NCBI GenBank assembly: GCA_034428635.1
Contig: DAOUHR010000157.1
Location: 1-63,495, forward strand
Source: Dehalococcoidia bacterium
Lineage (GTDB): Bacteria; Chloroflexota; Dehalococcoidia; Lucifugimonadales; UBA3495
DNA length: 63,495 nt
Direction: 5' to 3'
This document shows positions 35,944-45,895 of this stretch, in pieces. Made by a program: the position numbers and the translations under genes. Numbering within the stretch: position 1 is the first letter of the stretch; each line of letters begins with the position of its first letter. The notes under the pieces were generated by a model that was not told where the DNA came from, made no database searches, and was given only the letters and a program-made list of their open reading frames with translations.

Positions 35944-37911
35944 ATGGACCGTACCAGTCGATTCTGTTGCCTGACTCTTCTGGCCTTGGCCCTGTTGTTC
36001 GGTCCGGCGTTCATGGCGGGGTGTAGCGCCGACGCAACGCCCCTGCCCACCGAGGAACCTGCGGCGCCGGCCGTGGCTGACCCTACACCCGCCATTGCGT
36101 CAACGCCCAGGGCCAGGTCCAGACCTGCGCCAAGTCCCAACCGTCCCACGAGCACGATCCAACCCGTTGTGTCAACTGCACCGGCGCCAGTGATGGAGGC
36201 TGATGTGAAAGAAGAAACTGTTTTAACTGCTCCCGAATTTGAGGAACGCCGACCCAGCTACGACACCGGCAAGCCCTTCGCAGACCTGATAAGGCCCCAC
36301 TTCTTCGCCATTACTGAAGACGGGGATGTGGTGGAAGCCCTCGGCGAACCCGACCGCATAGTTGAAGCGGACGGCAGGGTAAAGATACGACTGTCAGACG
36401 ACGGCGCCTACAGCTACCTGGACCCGCTTGCCCTCGAGTCGGAGCTTTTCGGGGAACACCCCGTGCACAAGATTTACCGGCTGATGGCTATGGGTGTGCC
36501 CGCTGACGATGAACTGATCGGCGCATTCGAAAGTGGTGGGATTGATAGGCTCTTCACCCATGTCGAGTTCGAGTACCAGCGGCGGCAGTTTTCGTCTGGA
36601 ATAATAGCCGAGGTTTTCCTGGACGGGACCTTCCTGGTGATTCCTGGTGAAGTCCCGCCGGAATGGCAGAGCAACGACGACCGCATTTCCTCGCCCACCC
36701 ACCTGCACGTCAATTCGCGGGCCTTCAGGGGTGGCTCATCGCCCCTTGCCCGGGAGTATGAGCTGGAGATACTTTCCCTGCCCTTCGACGACCAGCGCTA
36801 TCCCCCCGCTCCCCTGGCCCTCAAACAGTGCCGGGTGTACGAGGAGAGCCTTGCCACCTCCGATTACCTGGGCATTCTGGATTCGGTGGGCTTTCGCTAC
36901 ACGCCGCAACATGCCCTCCGGAATGTGGAAGACGGTGCCGGCCTCGTCGACCGGGCTCAGGCCCTGTTGTGGAACGGTTCCGGCGCCGGCGTACAGTACT
37001 TCGGCTTTGAGGGCTGGTGGATTGCCGGTGTCCTGAAAGGCGTACAGGTACCCTGGCTGGGGGACTGCGACACTGCCGGCGGATTTCGCGCTTTCCCCGC
37101 GGAGGACGGAACCGAGTCCCGCCACTACCTGATAGTGCGCCGGTCCCTGGAACCCGACAAGAAGCAGCGGTACAAAATCCTGGAGGTGGACGAGGCGGGA
37201 GAGGCCACGGAACTCTACACCGCCCCGGGAATTATCCTTATGGCCCTCCCGCTGCCGTTTGATACGCGTTCATGGCTTTTCAGCACCGAGGGCTGGACGT
37301 CAGCGGAAGGTGAGCAGCCGGCCGACCCCCGCTGGCAGGCCGTATACCAGGTCAACCTGGACAGTCCGGATGAGTATGTGAAGGTCCGGTACCCCATAAG
37401 CGAGTTTCCAAGAGCCCCCGAGGCCGGTTTGTATGGAGCCTCCGCCCGCATGAGCGACGAGGGCAACCACCTGTTCAACACCCTTTACGGGTTCAAGGAC
37501 GAGGGCGGCGGCATCTGGGTGGTAGATGTAAAGGATGACGGCTTTCTTTCCAGCGACTCCAGCTTCGCCCGAATAGTTTCCTGGGACCACACCCTCAGCT
37601 GGATGCCTTTAGGACGCCTTGAGGAAGATCCCTCGGCAATGTACCTGTTCATGACCGGCAAGGAGGTTGCCGACGACTTCGCCATGACCGCCAACGTCCT
37701 GCGCGTCCGTGAGGATGGTCTGAACTCCACCATCGAAAAGTCGGAGCGACTGCTCCAAATGGTTGGCTGGAACCCGGTCCCCTTCGGCTGGCAGAAACTC
37801 TCCGACACCGAGTACCGGATGCTGGTGGAGACCCACTACAACTACGAAAGTTCCCTGATGCCCCGGGCCAAGGGCGTTTACATAATTCCCGTCAGACTTT
37901 CCGAGCAATAA
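35944..37911 (+). CDS. Large lipoprotein of unknown function (Pro/Thr-rich linker, possibly beta-propeller C-terminal half)
   Basis: 655-aa open frame, lipobox FMAGC, no family motif I recognise; packed between panE and the phosphatase gene. Confidence 0.65.
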   Translation: MDRTSRFCCLTLLALALLFGPAFMAGCSADATPLPTEEPAAPAVADPTPAIASTPRARSRPAPSPNRPTSTIQPVVSTAPAPVMEADVKEETVLTAPEFEERRPSYDTGKPFADLIRPHFFAITEDGDVVEALGEPDRIVEADGRVKIRLSDDGAYSYLDPLALESELFGEHPVHKIYRLMAMGVPADDELIGAFESGGIDRLFTHVEFEYQRRQFSSGIIAEVFLDGTFLVIPGEVPPEWQSNDDRISSPTHLHVNSRAFRGGSSPLAREYELEILSLPFDDQRYPPAPLALKQCRVYEESLATSDYLGILDSVGFRYTPQHALRNVEDGAGLVDRAQALLWNGSGAGVQYFGFEGWWIAGVLKGVQVPWLGDCDTAGGFRAFPAEDGTESRHYLIVRRSLEPDKKQRYKILEVDEAGEATELYTAPGIILMALPLPFDTRSWLFSTEGWTSAEGEQPADPRWQAVYQVNLDSPDEYVKVRYPISEFPRAPEAGLYGASARMSDEGNHLFNTLYGFKDEGGGIWVVDVKDDGFLSSDSSFARIVSWDHTLSWMPLGRLEEDPSAMYLFMTGKEVADDFAMTANVLRVREDGLNSTIEKSERLLQMVGWNPVPFGWQKLSDTEYRMLVETHYNYESSLMPRAKGVYIIPVRLSEQ

Positions 37912-37921
37912 GGAGGACGAG

Positions 37922-38434
37922 TTGACCAGCAAACCGATAGAAAACTGTTACTGGGTAGTCCCGGGTAAGCTCCTCGCTGGCGAGTATCCCCGAAACCTGG
38001 ATGACGACTCATCAACTGATAAACTGGCCGCCCTTGAGGAGGCGGGAGTTGCCTGCTTTATTGATCTGACCGAAGAAGGCGGCAGGCTCCCCTATTCGCA
38101 ATGGCTGAATGCGGAAACTCAATTCCACAATCGCTTCCCCATTGAGGACAGAACCACACCATCCTCTCCGGAATTGACGAAGGCCATACTCAACACGATT
38201 GATGAGAAAATGGCTGAAGACAAGCTTGTCTACGTGCACTGCATGGGCGGCATCGGACGTACCGGCACTATTGTCGGCTGCTGGCTGTCCCGCCACGGAT
38301 ATCAGGGGGAAGCGGCGCTGGAACGCATGGAGGAACTCTGGGCCGATTGCCCCAAGTCTGCGTGGACGCGTTCACCGGAAACCGAAGCGCAGCGCCACTA
38401 CGTCAGTGACTGGCAGGAAGGCGAAGGACGGTAA
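37922..38434 (+). CDS. Dual-specificity/tyrosine protein phosphatase family protein
   Basis: FPIED general-acid loop, YVHCMGGIGRTG (CX5R), PETEAQ. Confidence 0.9.
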   Translation: MTSKPIENCYWVVPGKLLAGEYPRNLDDDSSTDKLAALEEAGVACFIDLTEEGGRLPYSQWLNAETQFHNRFPIEDRTTPSSPELTKAILNTIDEKMAEDKLVYVHCMGGIGRTGTIVGCWLSRHGYQGEAALERMEELWADCPKSAWTRSPETEAQRHYVSDWQEGEGR

Positions 38435-38446
38435 CCGGACACCAAT

Positions 38447-39256
38447 TTACCCGGAAACACACCCGACAAAATACTCCCGCGCCGCTACCTTGTCCTCCAG
38501 GCTGCCAAAGGCCATCGTGTAGAACCCGCCGTAGCCGGATGATTCAAGCCGGCCGAACACTGCCGGGAAGTCAATGTTGCCCTCGCCCGGGTTCAGGTGT
38601 ACTTCCTTGTCACCCAGGTTGTCCGCCAGCCTTACTTCCCCGATGCGGCTTATGCCAAAGGCGTCCAGAAACCCGTCCACGTCCTCCGGAATTAGGTGGG
38701 CGTGGTTGACGGTGAAGGCCCACCCGAACCGCTCCGAGGAAATGGCGTCAAAGTAAAATCGGCATTCCTCAACGGTGTGGGCCATGTAGTGGATTTCCGC
38801 GTCGTCGGGCTCAAAGTTCAGGTTTTCCAGGAACAGTGTCACGCCGGCGTTTTCCGCGTAGGCCGTAGCCCGCTTCAGGCGTTCCAGCGAGTTTTGCATC
38901 CGCTCGTCCAGCGAACTGCTGAAGTGGTAGCCCCCGTGGGTAACAACGCCCAGGCACCCCAGCCTCTTTGCCAGGTCTATATTGCCCTCCAGGTACCGGT
39001 CCACCGCCTCGTCAACATAGGGTGAAAACTCGGCGATGTTGATGGACGAAGCGGTATGCAGCGTCAGGGTTACGTTGCTTGCGCCTGCCAGGCGTGTCAC
39101 CGACGCAACCCGGTTGTCGTCCCAGTTGGTCAGCCGGTTGGGGCCCTGGTCAGCGTTGAAGTCCAGGTAATGAAAGCAGTGTTCCAAGGCGGTGGCCAGG
39201 GCGTCCTCCAGGCGGGTTGTCCCGGCGTCGTACCCTATGCGGTCTCGCAAATTCAT
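38447..39256 (-). CDS. Sugar phosphate isomerase/epimerase (xylose-isomerase-like TIM barrel)
   Basis: LHT, THGG, LFLENL, TVNHAH, VRLADNLG..HLNPGEGNIDF. Start at M33 of the listed ORF (could be M19). Confidence 0.82.
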   Translation of the reverse strand: MNLRDRIGYDAGTTRLEDALATALEHCFHYLDFNADQGPNRLTNWDDNRVASVTRLAGASNVTLTLHTASSINIAEFSPYVDEAVDRYLEGNIDLAKRLGCLGVVTHGGYHFSSSLDERMQNSLERLKRATAYAENAGVTLFLENLNFEPDDAEIHYMAHTVEECRFYFDAISSERFGWAFTVNHAHLIPEDVDGFLDAFGISRIGEVRLADNLGDKEVHLNPGEGNIDFPAVFGRLESSGYGGFYTMAFGSLEDKVAAREYFVGCVSG

Positions 39257-39303
39257 CAGTTCGATGTCCTCTCTCTGTTGGTCTGGTGCCGTTGCCATGC
39301 TCC

Positions 39304-40023
39304 TCAGGGTTGCAACGCCGCCGGCTCCGCGTTCAGCGTGGCCGGAATCCATTCAGTAAGCAGGCCGGCCAGTTCTTCCCGACACTCTTCCAGGCGGTGT
39401 TCGGCTCCTTCGTACAGTACCAGTTGCTTCGGCTCGTCGGCCCAATCGTAAACCTGCATTCCGCAGGAGTAGGGCAGTCTTGTGTCGGCCTTGCCGTGGA
39501 CAATCAGCATCGGACGAGGCGAGACCAGGCCGGCCATGTTGGCCCCATAGGTCTGGGGCGAAAGGGAGACTACGCCGGCCACGTGCCGGCTCAACGCTCC
39601 GGCGGCCACCACCACCGCGCCTCCGAAGGAGTGCCCCACTACCACTACCGGATCGTGGCCCATCTCTTCCAGGCATGCCACTCCGGCCAGCAGGTCCATT
39701 GCGCATTCGGGCAATTCGTTTGGAATTCGGTAGTCCAGCCTGAGGGAAGTGATGCCCTGGACAGTAAATTCCTGGGCCAGTTGGGCGTACAGGCCGGGCC
39801 CGGGGCCCCCGAAGCCTCCCCTGGCGCCGCAGACCCAGATTACGCCCTTGGTGGAGTTCGGTGCGCGGTGCAGGATGGCCCGAACCGCACCCCGGTCGGT
39901 TGCCAGCAACAGGCCTTCGCCCTCTTCGCCATCGGGCAGGGGAATGGAGCGCACTTCATTGACGTTCACCTTTAGGTAACCGCTGGGACGGCCCTCTGCT
40001 GCCGGTTGCTGTTGGTCTGCCAT
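39304..40023 (-). CDS. Alpha/beta hydrolase
   Basis: Start reassigned to ATG 40023. VGHSFGG, VHGKADTRL, GAEH. Confidence 0.85.
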   Translation of the reverse strand: MADQQQPAAEGRPSGYLKVNVNEVRSIPLPDGEEGEGLLLATDRGAVRAILHRAPNSTKGVIWVCGARGGFGGPGPGLYAQLAQEFTVQGITSLRLDYRIPNELPECAMDLLAGVACLEEMGHDPVVVVGHSFGGAVVVAAGALSRHVAGVVSLSPQTYGANMAGLVSPRPMLIVHGKADTRLPYSCGMQVYDWADEPKQLVLYEGAEHRLEECREELAGLLTEWIPATLNAEPAALQP

Positions 40024-40217
40024 GCCTAACCTCCGCGTCTCCCCACCGGGTCCCTTGAATGTCCCTAATCCTAGTCCAGGCCGCCGGTCGTGTCCATACG
40101 GGTCATGTGCTGGCGTAAAGGCGGTTGTCAATCCAATACTGCCGGGGTAACATCCCTTTGATTCCAGGACAATCGTCCTAATACGTACTTCCTCTCGGGA
40201 ATGTTACAGGGGGTAGC

Positions 40218-41093
40218 ATGGTCCAGCCAGCGATCGACGGGTATTTTGCCACCAACGGGATAAATCTGCATTACCGAGACTGGGGAGGAACGGGGCGACC
40301 CGTGGTGCTGCTGCACGGTCTGGCTTCGTCCTGCCACATCTGGGACTTGGTGGCGCCGGACCTGGCCCAGGACTTCTCCGTGATCGCCGTTGACCAGCGT
40401 GGTCACGGTCTCAGCGATAAACCCGAGTCGGGGTATGACTTTGCCTCGGTGGGCCGAGACCTGCTGGGAGTCATCCAGGCTCGGGGGTTGGAACGCCCCA
40501 TAATTGTGGGCCATTCCTGGGGCGCGGACGTGGCCCTCGAATTTGCCGTGGCCTGCCCCGAAATTCCTGCCGGGATAGGCTTTGTTGACGGCGGCATGAT
40601 TGAACCCTCCGCACGCCCGGGTATGACACGGGAAAAGGCCAGGGAGGACATGGCTCCTCCCCTTTTCGCTGGTATGACTTCCCAGGCCCTGCGAGAGCGG
40701 TTCCGCAACCGCGTACGTCCTTTTCCCCTGCCGCCTGAATTCGACCAGATCCTCATGTCCAACTTCGAGATGCTGGAGGACGGAACCGTCCGCACCCGCC
40801 TCAGCCGCGAAAACCACCTTCGCATTATCGACGCCCTATGGGACCACCACCCTTCCCAACTGTACCCCCGGGTGCCCTGCCCTGCCCTGATGATGCCCGC
40901 CCGCATGGCTAACGACGACTCGGTGGCGGCCCGTACCTTCCGCCGCGAGGAATCTGTGGGGAAAGCCCAGGACTTGTTGCCCCAAGTCAAGGTGGTCTGG
41001 CTGGAGGACAGCATCCACGACGTCCCCGTCCAGCGGCCCGAACTGGTGGCCGGAACCATCAGGGAGAGCATTCTGTCGGGGTTTTTTGATTAG
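40218..41093 (+). CDS. Alpha/beta hydrolase
   Basis: LLHGLAS, DQRGHGLSD, GHSWGA, SIHDVPVQRP. Confidence 0.9.
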   Translation: MVQPAIDGYFATNGINLHYRDWGGTGRPVVLLHGLASSCHIWDLVAPDLAQDFSVIAVDQRGHGLSDKPESGYDFASVGRDLLGVIQARGLERPIIVGHSWGADVALEFAVACPEIPAGIGFVDGGMIEPSARPGMTREKAREDMAPPLFAGMTSQALRERFRNRVRPFPLPPEFDQILMSNFEMLEDGTVRTRLSRENHLRIIDALWDHHPSQLYPRVPCPALMMPARMANDDSVAARTFRREESVGKAQDLLPQVKVVWLEDSIHDVPVQRPELVAGTIRESILSGFFD

Positions 41094-41195
41094 GCCTGCG
41101 CTGATTCTCGTTTGACACCCTATGTGGCCCCAATTACACTGCCGCAAGATGGTCAAGTCTGAAAAGAGAAACAAACAAAAGGGGGTTGCAACCAT

Positions 41196-42074
41196 ATGAC
41201 TACTGCCGGAACCGGCAACTATACCTACGAACTTATCCAGGACTGGCCCAAGCTGCCCGAAGGAGAATCCCTGGGCATTGTAAGCGCCGTGGCCACCGAT
41301 TCTCAGGACCGCGTTTACGTCTTCCAGCGGCAGGACCCGCCGGTAATGGTCTTCGATGCCGACGGCAACTACCTGAACTGCTGGGGCATCGGCGCCATTG
41401 CCGACCCCCATGGCATCACCATCGTTGACGACATTGTTTACATAACCGACCGCTCCGACCAGGTGGCTGTGAAGTTCACCCTGGACGGCAAGCCCCTGCA
41501 GGTCATCGGCGAGCGGGGCGTTCATTCCGATACCGGCTGCGAAACTCCTGGCGAATTTGTGCCCCGGGCCGCTGGCCCCTTTAATTACCCCACCGAGATG
41601 GTGCCCAGCCCCTCCGGCGACATCTACATCTCCGACGGGTACCGCAACGCCCGTATGCACCGCTTCACCGCCGACGGCCAGTTGATTGCCTCCTGGGGTC
41701 AGCCTGGCAAAACCGAACCGGGCCACTTCCACCTGCCCCATAGCTGTCTCGTAGACCCCGACGGGAAGGTCTACGTTTGTGACCGGGCCAACCGCCGGGT
41801 GCAGATCTTCACTCCCGACGGCGAATTTATCACCCAGTGGACCAATGGCATGGGTGGCCCCGACGACATTTCCCGGGACAGCGACGGCATCATCTACATA
41901 GTCGAGCAGGAAGTGGACGGCGTTCCCCACGTCAGCATCTGGGAACCCGACGGCACCATGATCACCCGCTGGGCAATCCGCCACGCCCACGGCATGTGGG
42001 TGGACTCCAAGGGCGACATCTACCTGGGCCTGACCATCGACCACAGCGTGGACAAGTGGGTGCGACAGAGGTAA
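41196..42074 (+). CDS. NHL-repeat beta-propeller, peptidylamidoglycolate lyase (PAL)-like, paralogue 1
   Basis: VATDSQDRVYV, PHGI, SDGYRNAR, LPHS, DRANRR, AHG. Confidence 0.85.
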   Translation: MTTAGTGNYTYELIQDWPKLPEGESLGIVSAVATDSQDRVYVFQRQDPPVMVFDADGNYLNCWGIGAIADPHGITIVDDIVYITDRSDQVAVKFTLDGKPLQVIGERGVHSDTGCETPGEFVPRAAGPFNYPTEMVPSPSGDIYISDGYRNARMHRFTADGQLIASWGQPGKTEPGHFHLPHSCLVDPDGKVYVCDRANRRVQIFTPDGEFITQWTNGMGGPDDISRDSDGIIYIVEQEVDGVPHVSIWEPDGTMITRWAIRHAHGMWVDSKGDIYLGLTIDHSVDKWVRQR

Positions 42075-42090
42075 ACCAATCTCAATTGTG

Positions 42091-42116
42091 GTAGGGGCGG
42101 GTTTCAAACCCGCCCC
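42091..42116 (+). repeat. GTAG-type REP-like palindrome, family C
   Basis: GTA-GGGGCGGGTTT-C-AAACCCGCCCC; perfect 11-bp arms preceded by GTAG. Confidence 0.75.
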
Positions 42117-42142
42117 GTTAATTTTCCATATCAGGAGGTACC

Positions 42143-43021
42143 GTGATGACCCTGGTCAACACCGATAAGCACAACTACGACCTGGTGCAGGACTGGGCTC
42201 GCCTGCCCGAGGGCTGGTCCTTCGGCGTGGTAAGCTCGGTTGCCACCGATTCCCAGGACCGGGTGTATGTGTACCAGCGCAAGGACCCGCCCATTGTCGT
42301 CTTCGACAGCGAGGGCAACTACGTCGACTCCTGGGGTATCGGCGCCTTTAACCTGCCCCACGGTTTCTGCATCGTCGACGACGTCATCTACCTGACCGAC
42401 CGGGAAGACTCGGTGTGCCTCAAGTACACCCTCGACGGCAAGCCCCTGATGGTCATTGGCGACCGGGGAGTCCACTCCGACACGGGCTGCGAGGAGGCCG
42501 GGGCGCTGGTTCCCCGGGCGGCAGGGCCCTTCAATTTCCCCTCCGAAATGTACCCCTCGCCTTCCGGAGACCTTTACGTCTCCGACGGCTACCGAAACAG
42601 CCGGGTCCACCGCTTCAGCGGTGATGGCCGGCTCATCGCCTCCTGGGGGCAGCCGGGCAAGGGCGGGCCGGGCGAGTTCCACCTGCCCCACAGTTTGCTG
42701 ATTGACGAGGACGGCCTGATCTACGTCTGTGACCGCGAAAACAGTCGGGTGCAGGTCTTTACCGCCGAGGGCGAGTTCCTGCAGATGTGGACCGACATGA
42801 CCCGCCCCAACGATATCTCCCAGTGCACCGACGGCAGTTTCTGCATCGCCGAATCATCACTGGAAGGTTCCACGCCCGGCATCAGCATCCGGGACAAGGA
42901 CGGTCGCACCCAGGCCCGATGGGACTCCCGCTCCGCCCATGGCCTGTGGGTGGACAGCCAGGACAACGTCTACCTGGCCCTGACCGGCGCCATGAGCGTG
43001 GACAAGTACATTAAACGGTAA
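42143..43021 (+). CDS. NHL-repeat beta-propeller, PAL-like, paralogue 2
   Basis: Same motifs as paralogue 1 (PHGF, SDGYRNSR, LPHS, DRENSR, AHG); same length, 292 aa. Confidence 0.85.
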   Translation: MMTLVNTDKHNYDLVQDWARLPEGWSFGVVSSVATDSQDRVYVYQRKDPPIVVFDSEGNYVDSWGIGAFNLPHGFCIVDDVIYLTDREDSVCLKYTLDGKPLMVIGDRGVHSDTGCEEAGALVPRAAGPFNFPSEMYPSPSGDLYVSDGYRNSRVHRFSGDGRLIASWGQPGKGGPGEFHLPHSLLIDEDGLIYVCDRENSRVQVFTAEGEFLQMWTDMTRPNDISQCTDGSFCIAESSLEGSTPGISIRDKDGRTQARWDSRSAHGLWVDSQDNVYLALTGAMSVDKYIKR

Positions 43022-43043
43022 GAACCTCGACATCCCGAAATGC

Positions 43044-43125
43044 GTAGGGGCGCCCACAATGGGCGCCCTTTCGGTTTGCGTTGCTTGTGCTTACGGGGGC
43101 AGGCAGCCACAAGGGCTGCCCCTAC
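43044..43125. repeat. Inverted pair of GTAG-type REP-like units (BIME-like), family C
   Basis: GTAGGGGCGCCCACAATGGGCGCCC (+, 43044-43068) and GTAGGGGCAGCCCTTGTGGCTGCCTGCCC (-, 43097-43125) between convergent genes. Confidence 0.7.
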
Positions 43126-43142
43126 GAATGACTGACTGCCAC

Positions 43143-45197
43143 TTACCGCGGAAACGCCTCCCTCACCCCACCATCCACCGGAATCATGGCCCCGGTCGTC
43201 TTGGCCGAGCGGTTGGAGGCCAAAAACAGCACCGTCTCCGCCACGTCCTCGGCAAAGACCCGCGCCTTGAGCAGGTTGCGTTGCCGGTAGAAGTCTTCCA
43301 ATCCTTCCACAGTCACCCCATGTGCCGAGGCCCGTTCCTCCCGCAGTTCCTGGGACCAGAGCTGGGAACCCTGGAATACGGCGTCGGGGTTGACCACGTT
43401 GACCCGTATGCCGTGCTGCCCGTTCTCCAGGGCCAGCACCCGGGCCAGCTGCACCTCCGCCGCCTTGGCCACGCTGTACGCTCCGAACTCGGCCCCCGGC
43501 GCCGGTACGTTCTTGGTGCCGATGAACACCAGGCTGCCGCCCAGGCTCTGCTCCTTCATCAGCTTGACCGACTCGGCGGAAACCAGGAAATGGCCCGTGG
43601 TGTTGATGTCCAGGGAACGCTGCCAGTCCGCCAGGGAAAGGTCGTCAATGGCCCCCACCGGCGCGATGCCTGCGTTGGATACCAGGATGTCCAGCCCGCC
43701 GTAGGTCCGGCGCAGGGACTGGAAAACGTCAGCCACCTGGGCCGGGTCCGCCACGTTCATGGGGAAGGCTGCGGCCCGCTCCGGACCTGCCGTGCGGTTA
43801 ATGCCGGCGGCCACGTCCTGGGCCCCTTCGGCGTCCAGGTCGGTAACGATTACGTGCGCCCCTTCATTAGCCAGACGCTCTGCAATTACCTTTCCGATGC
43901 CACTGGCCGCGCCGGTAACCAGGGCCACCTGCCGGGCCAGTTCCTTCTCCGGCGGCGCCAGCGTCAGCTTGTAAAGCTCCAGGGGCCAGTACTCAGCGTC
44001 GTAAGCGTCCTTGGGCGTCAACGACGTATAATCGCTGACCGACTGGGCGGCCCGCAGCACGTTGATGGTGTGGTGGTAGATGTCATTGGTAATCAGGGAA
44101 GCCCTGGCGTCCCGGCCGGTGGTCCACATGCCCACTCCGGGCAGCAGTATAACCCGGGGATAGGGGTCCAGCATGGAGTCGTCGCCGGTGGTGTGCTGCT
44201 GGTACCAGGCTGCATACTCGTCGGCGTAGGCCGCCATACCCCGGCGCAGTTCCTCCCTTACCTCATCCACGTTCTCCGGGTCCGCTACATCCAGCCACAG
44301 GGGCTTTCGCTTGGTGTGAATCAGGTGGTCGGGAGTAGCCGGCCCGATGGCGCTAAGTCCCTGCCCTTCTTCGGACCCGGTGAACTCCAGCACATCCTCC
44401 GCGTCGTCAAACCGCAGCACCGACCGCCGCTGCTGGCTTACCAGGCCCCTAAGGGTGGGGGCCACGGCAGCAGCAACTTCCCGCCGCCGGTCGGGGGCCA
44501 GGGGATTCCGTTGCCACCCGCCGAACACTCGGCCGTCGCCTGACGCGGAGAACTCCTCTGCCTTGGTAACCAGGTCAATGTGCCGGTCGTAGGCCTCTTT
44601 AGCGTCGCTGCCCCAGGTGAACAGCCCGTGGTTTACCAGAACCACACCGTCCAGGTTGGGCGCTTCCTTCACTGCCAGCCCCACCAGCCTGGATAGCTGG
44701 AACCCGGGGCGCAGGTACTCAACGATGCCAATGTTGTCGCCGTAGACTTTCTTCAGGATGTCGTCCGCATCCCGGTTGTTGGTCAAACCCACTACCGCGT
44801 CGGCGTGGGAGTGGGCCACGCTGTGAAAGGGCAGGAAGGCATGAAGCAGGGTTTCGATGGAAGGCCGGGGCGAGTTGGGGTCCAGCACGCACCGGTCCAG
44901 GTAGTCCACCATGTCCTCGTCGGACATCTGCTCCCGTTCGAAGACGGGCAACACCTTTTCCAGTTCCAGCCGTGGGAACTGCCACCGCTCCATCGACTTC
45001 AGGTCCGACCCTGAGCCCTTGATACGCATAACCTGAACGTCCCGCCCCAGGAAGTCCTGCTCCGAAATCTTGATGGACGTATTGCCCCCGCCCCAAACCA
45101 CCAGGGAAGGGTCCGCCCCAATCAGGCGGCTCATGTATACCAGCTTGTCCAGTTCGTCCAGGGCCTGCGCTTCGCTATCCGACCAAAGGTTTTTCAT
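43143..45197 (-). CDS. Bifunctional class II aldolase / short-chain dehydrogenase (rhamnulose-1-phosphate aldolase/SDR, RhaEW/YuxG-like)
   Basis: GGGNTSIK, IKGSGSDL, PSIETLLH, HSHAD, ATPDH, EYWPLELYKL, TGAASGIG, AYSVAKAA, PVDGG. Confidence 0.92.
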   Translation of the reverse strand: MKNLWSDSEAQALDELDKLVYMSRLIGADPSLVVWGGGNTSIKISEQDFLGRDVQVMRIKGSGSDLKSMERWQFPRLELEKVLPVFEREQMSDEDMVDYLDRCVLDPNSPRPSIETLLHAFLPFHSVAHSHADAVVGLTNNRDADDILKKVYGDNIGIVEYLRPGFQLSRLVGLAVKEAPNLDGVVLVNHGLFTWGSDAKEAYDRHIDLVTKAEEFSASGDGRVFGGWQRNPLAPDRRREVAAAVAPTLRGLVSQQRRSVLRFDDAEDVLEFTGSEEGQGLSAIGPATPDHLIHTKRKPLWLDVADPENVDEVREELRRGMAAYADEYAAWYQQHTTGDDSMLDPYPRVILLPGVGMWTTGRDARASLITNDIYHHTINVLRAAQSVSDYTSLTPKDAYDAEYWPLELYKLTLAPPEKELARQVALVTGAASGIGKVIAERLANEGAHVIVTDLDAEGAQDVAAGINRTAGPERAAAFPMNVADPAQVADVFQSLRRTYGGLDILVSNAGIAPVGAIDDLSLADWQRSLDINTTGHFLVSAESVKLMKEQSLGGSLVFIGTKNVPAPGAEFGAYSVAKAAEVQLARVLALENGQHGIRVNVVNPDAVFQGSQLWSQELREERASAHGVTVEGLEDFYRQRNLLKARVFAEDVAETVLFLASNRSAKTTGAMIPVDGGVREAFPR

Positions 45198-45299
45198 GAT
45201 TACAATCTCGTTTTGTATTTACACAGAATTGAACACGAACATTTGCAGGAGGCCATTATAAGTTCGGATCAGGCAGCCCCTCATTTACCCTGCAGATGG

Positions 45300-45629
45300 T
45301 TAACATTGAGGGCGAAATCGGAGAAGGTTATTCTCGCCCTGTTGCGCGGTGTCTATTGCCCTCAGTATAAGGGGGACGTTGTTCCGGATGGTGTCCCAGT
45401 CGTTGGTGGAAATAGTGAGAACGGTAATGGACTGACGTAGCAGGTTCTGCTGGAACCGGATACTCTGGTCGCAGGTTATGATCATTTCATAACTGTCCTG
45501 GATCGCGTTCCTGATCAGGTCCCCATTCCGCAAGGTTTCCCAGCCGAGATACTCAGCGGTTTGTATGTCGTGGTCTATCAGTGCATACCGTAGTCCGTGG
45601 GGTACGTTGTGGTCCAGCAGGATTTTCAA
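45300..45629 (-). CDS. DUF5615 PIN-like putative toxin
   Basis: KILLDHNVP, GWETLRNGDL, IITCDQSIRFQQNL; coupled to the upstream DUF433 gene. Confidence 0.8.
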   Translation of the reverse strand: MKILLDHNVPHGLRYALIDHDIQTAEYLGWETLRNGDLIRNAIQDSYEMIITCDQSIRFQQNLLRQSITVLTISTNDWDTIRNNVPLILRAIDTAQQGENNLLRFRPQC

Positions 45630-45895
45630 TGGTCGTAGTTGCCTGGAAGCCGGTCTTCTTCCAGCATCCGGGCCGCATGGGCCAGTACGGCCTTGATCTG
45701 TTCCTCAGTAACGCTGAATTGTTGGGTTACTTCCTGGATCGTGGCGCCTCCGGCCAGATTTTCAAATACAGCGTGCAAAGGAAGGCGGGTGTTGCCAAAT
45801 GTCCAGGCCCCTGCCAGCCGCTCGGGGTCCCGTTTCACTCCGGGGCAGTCGCCCCAGCTTAGTCTCTTCACGGCATCCATCTTCTCAGTGGACAT
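45626..45895 (-). CDS. DUF433 putative antitoxin
   Basis: Start reassigned to ATG 45895 (GAGGT RBS). RDPERLAGAWTFGNTRLPLHAVFENLAGGATIQEV. Confidence 0.85.
   Translation of the reverse strand: MSTEKMDAVKRLSWGDCPGVKRDPERLAGAWTFGNTRLPLHAVFENLAGGATIQEVTQQFSVTEEQIKAVLAHAARMLEEDRLPGNYDH

Noticed and set aside
41109-41123. TTTGACACCCTA similar to the MITE end
   Set aside because: Too short, no partner inverted repeat or target duplication; could equally be a -35 element.
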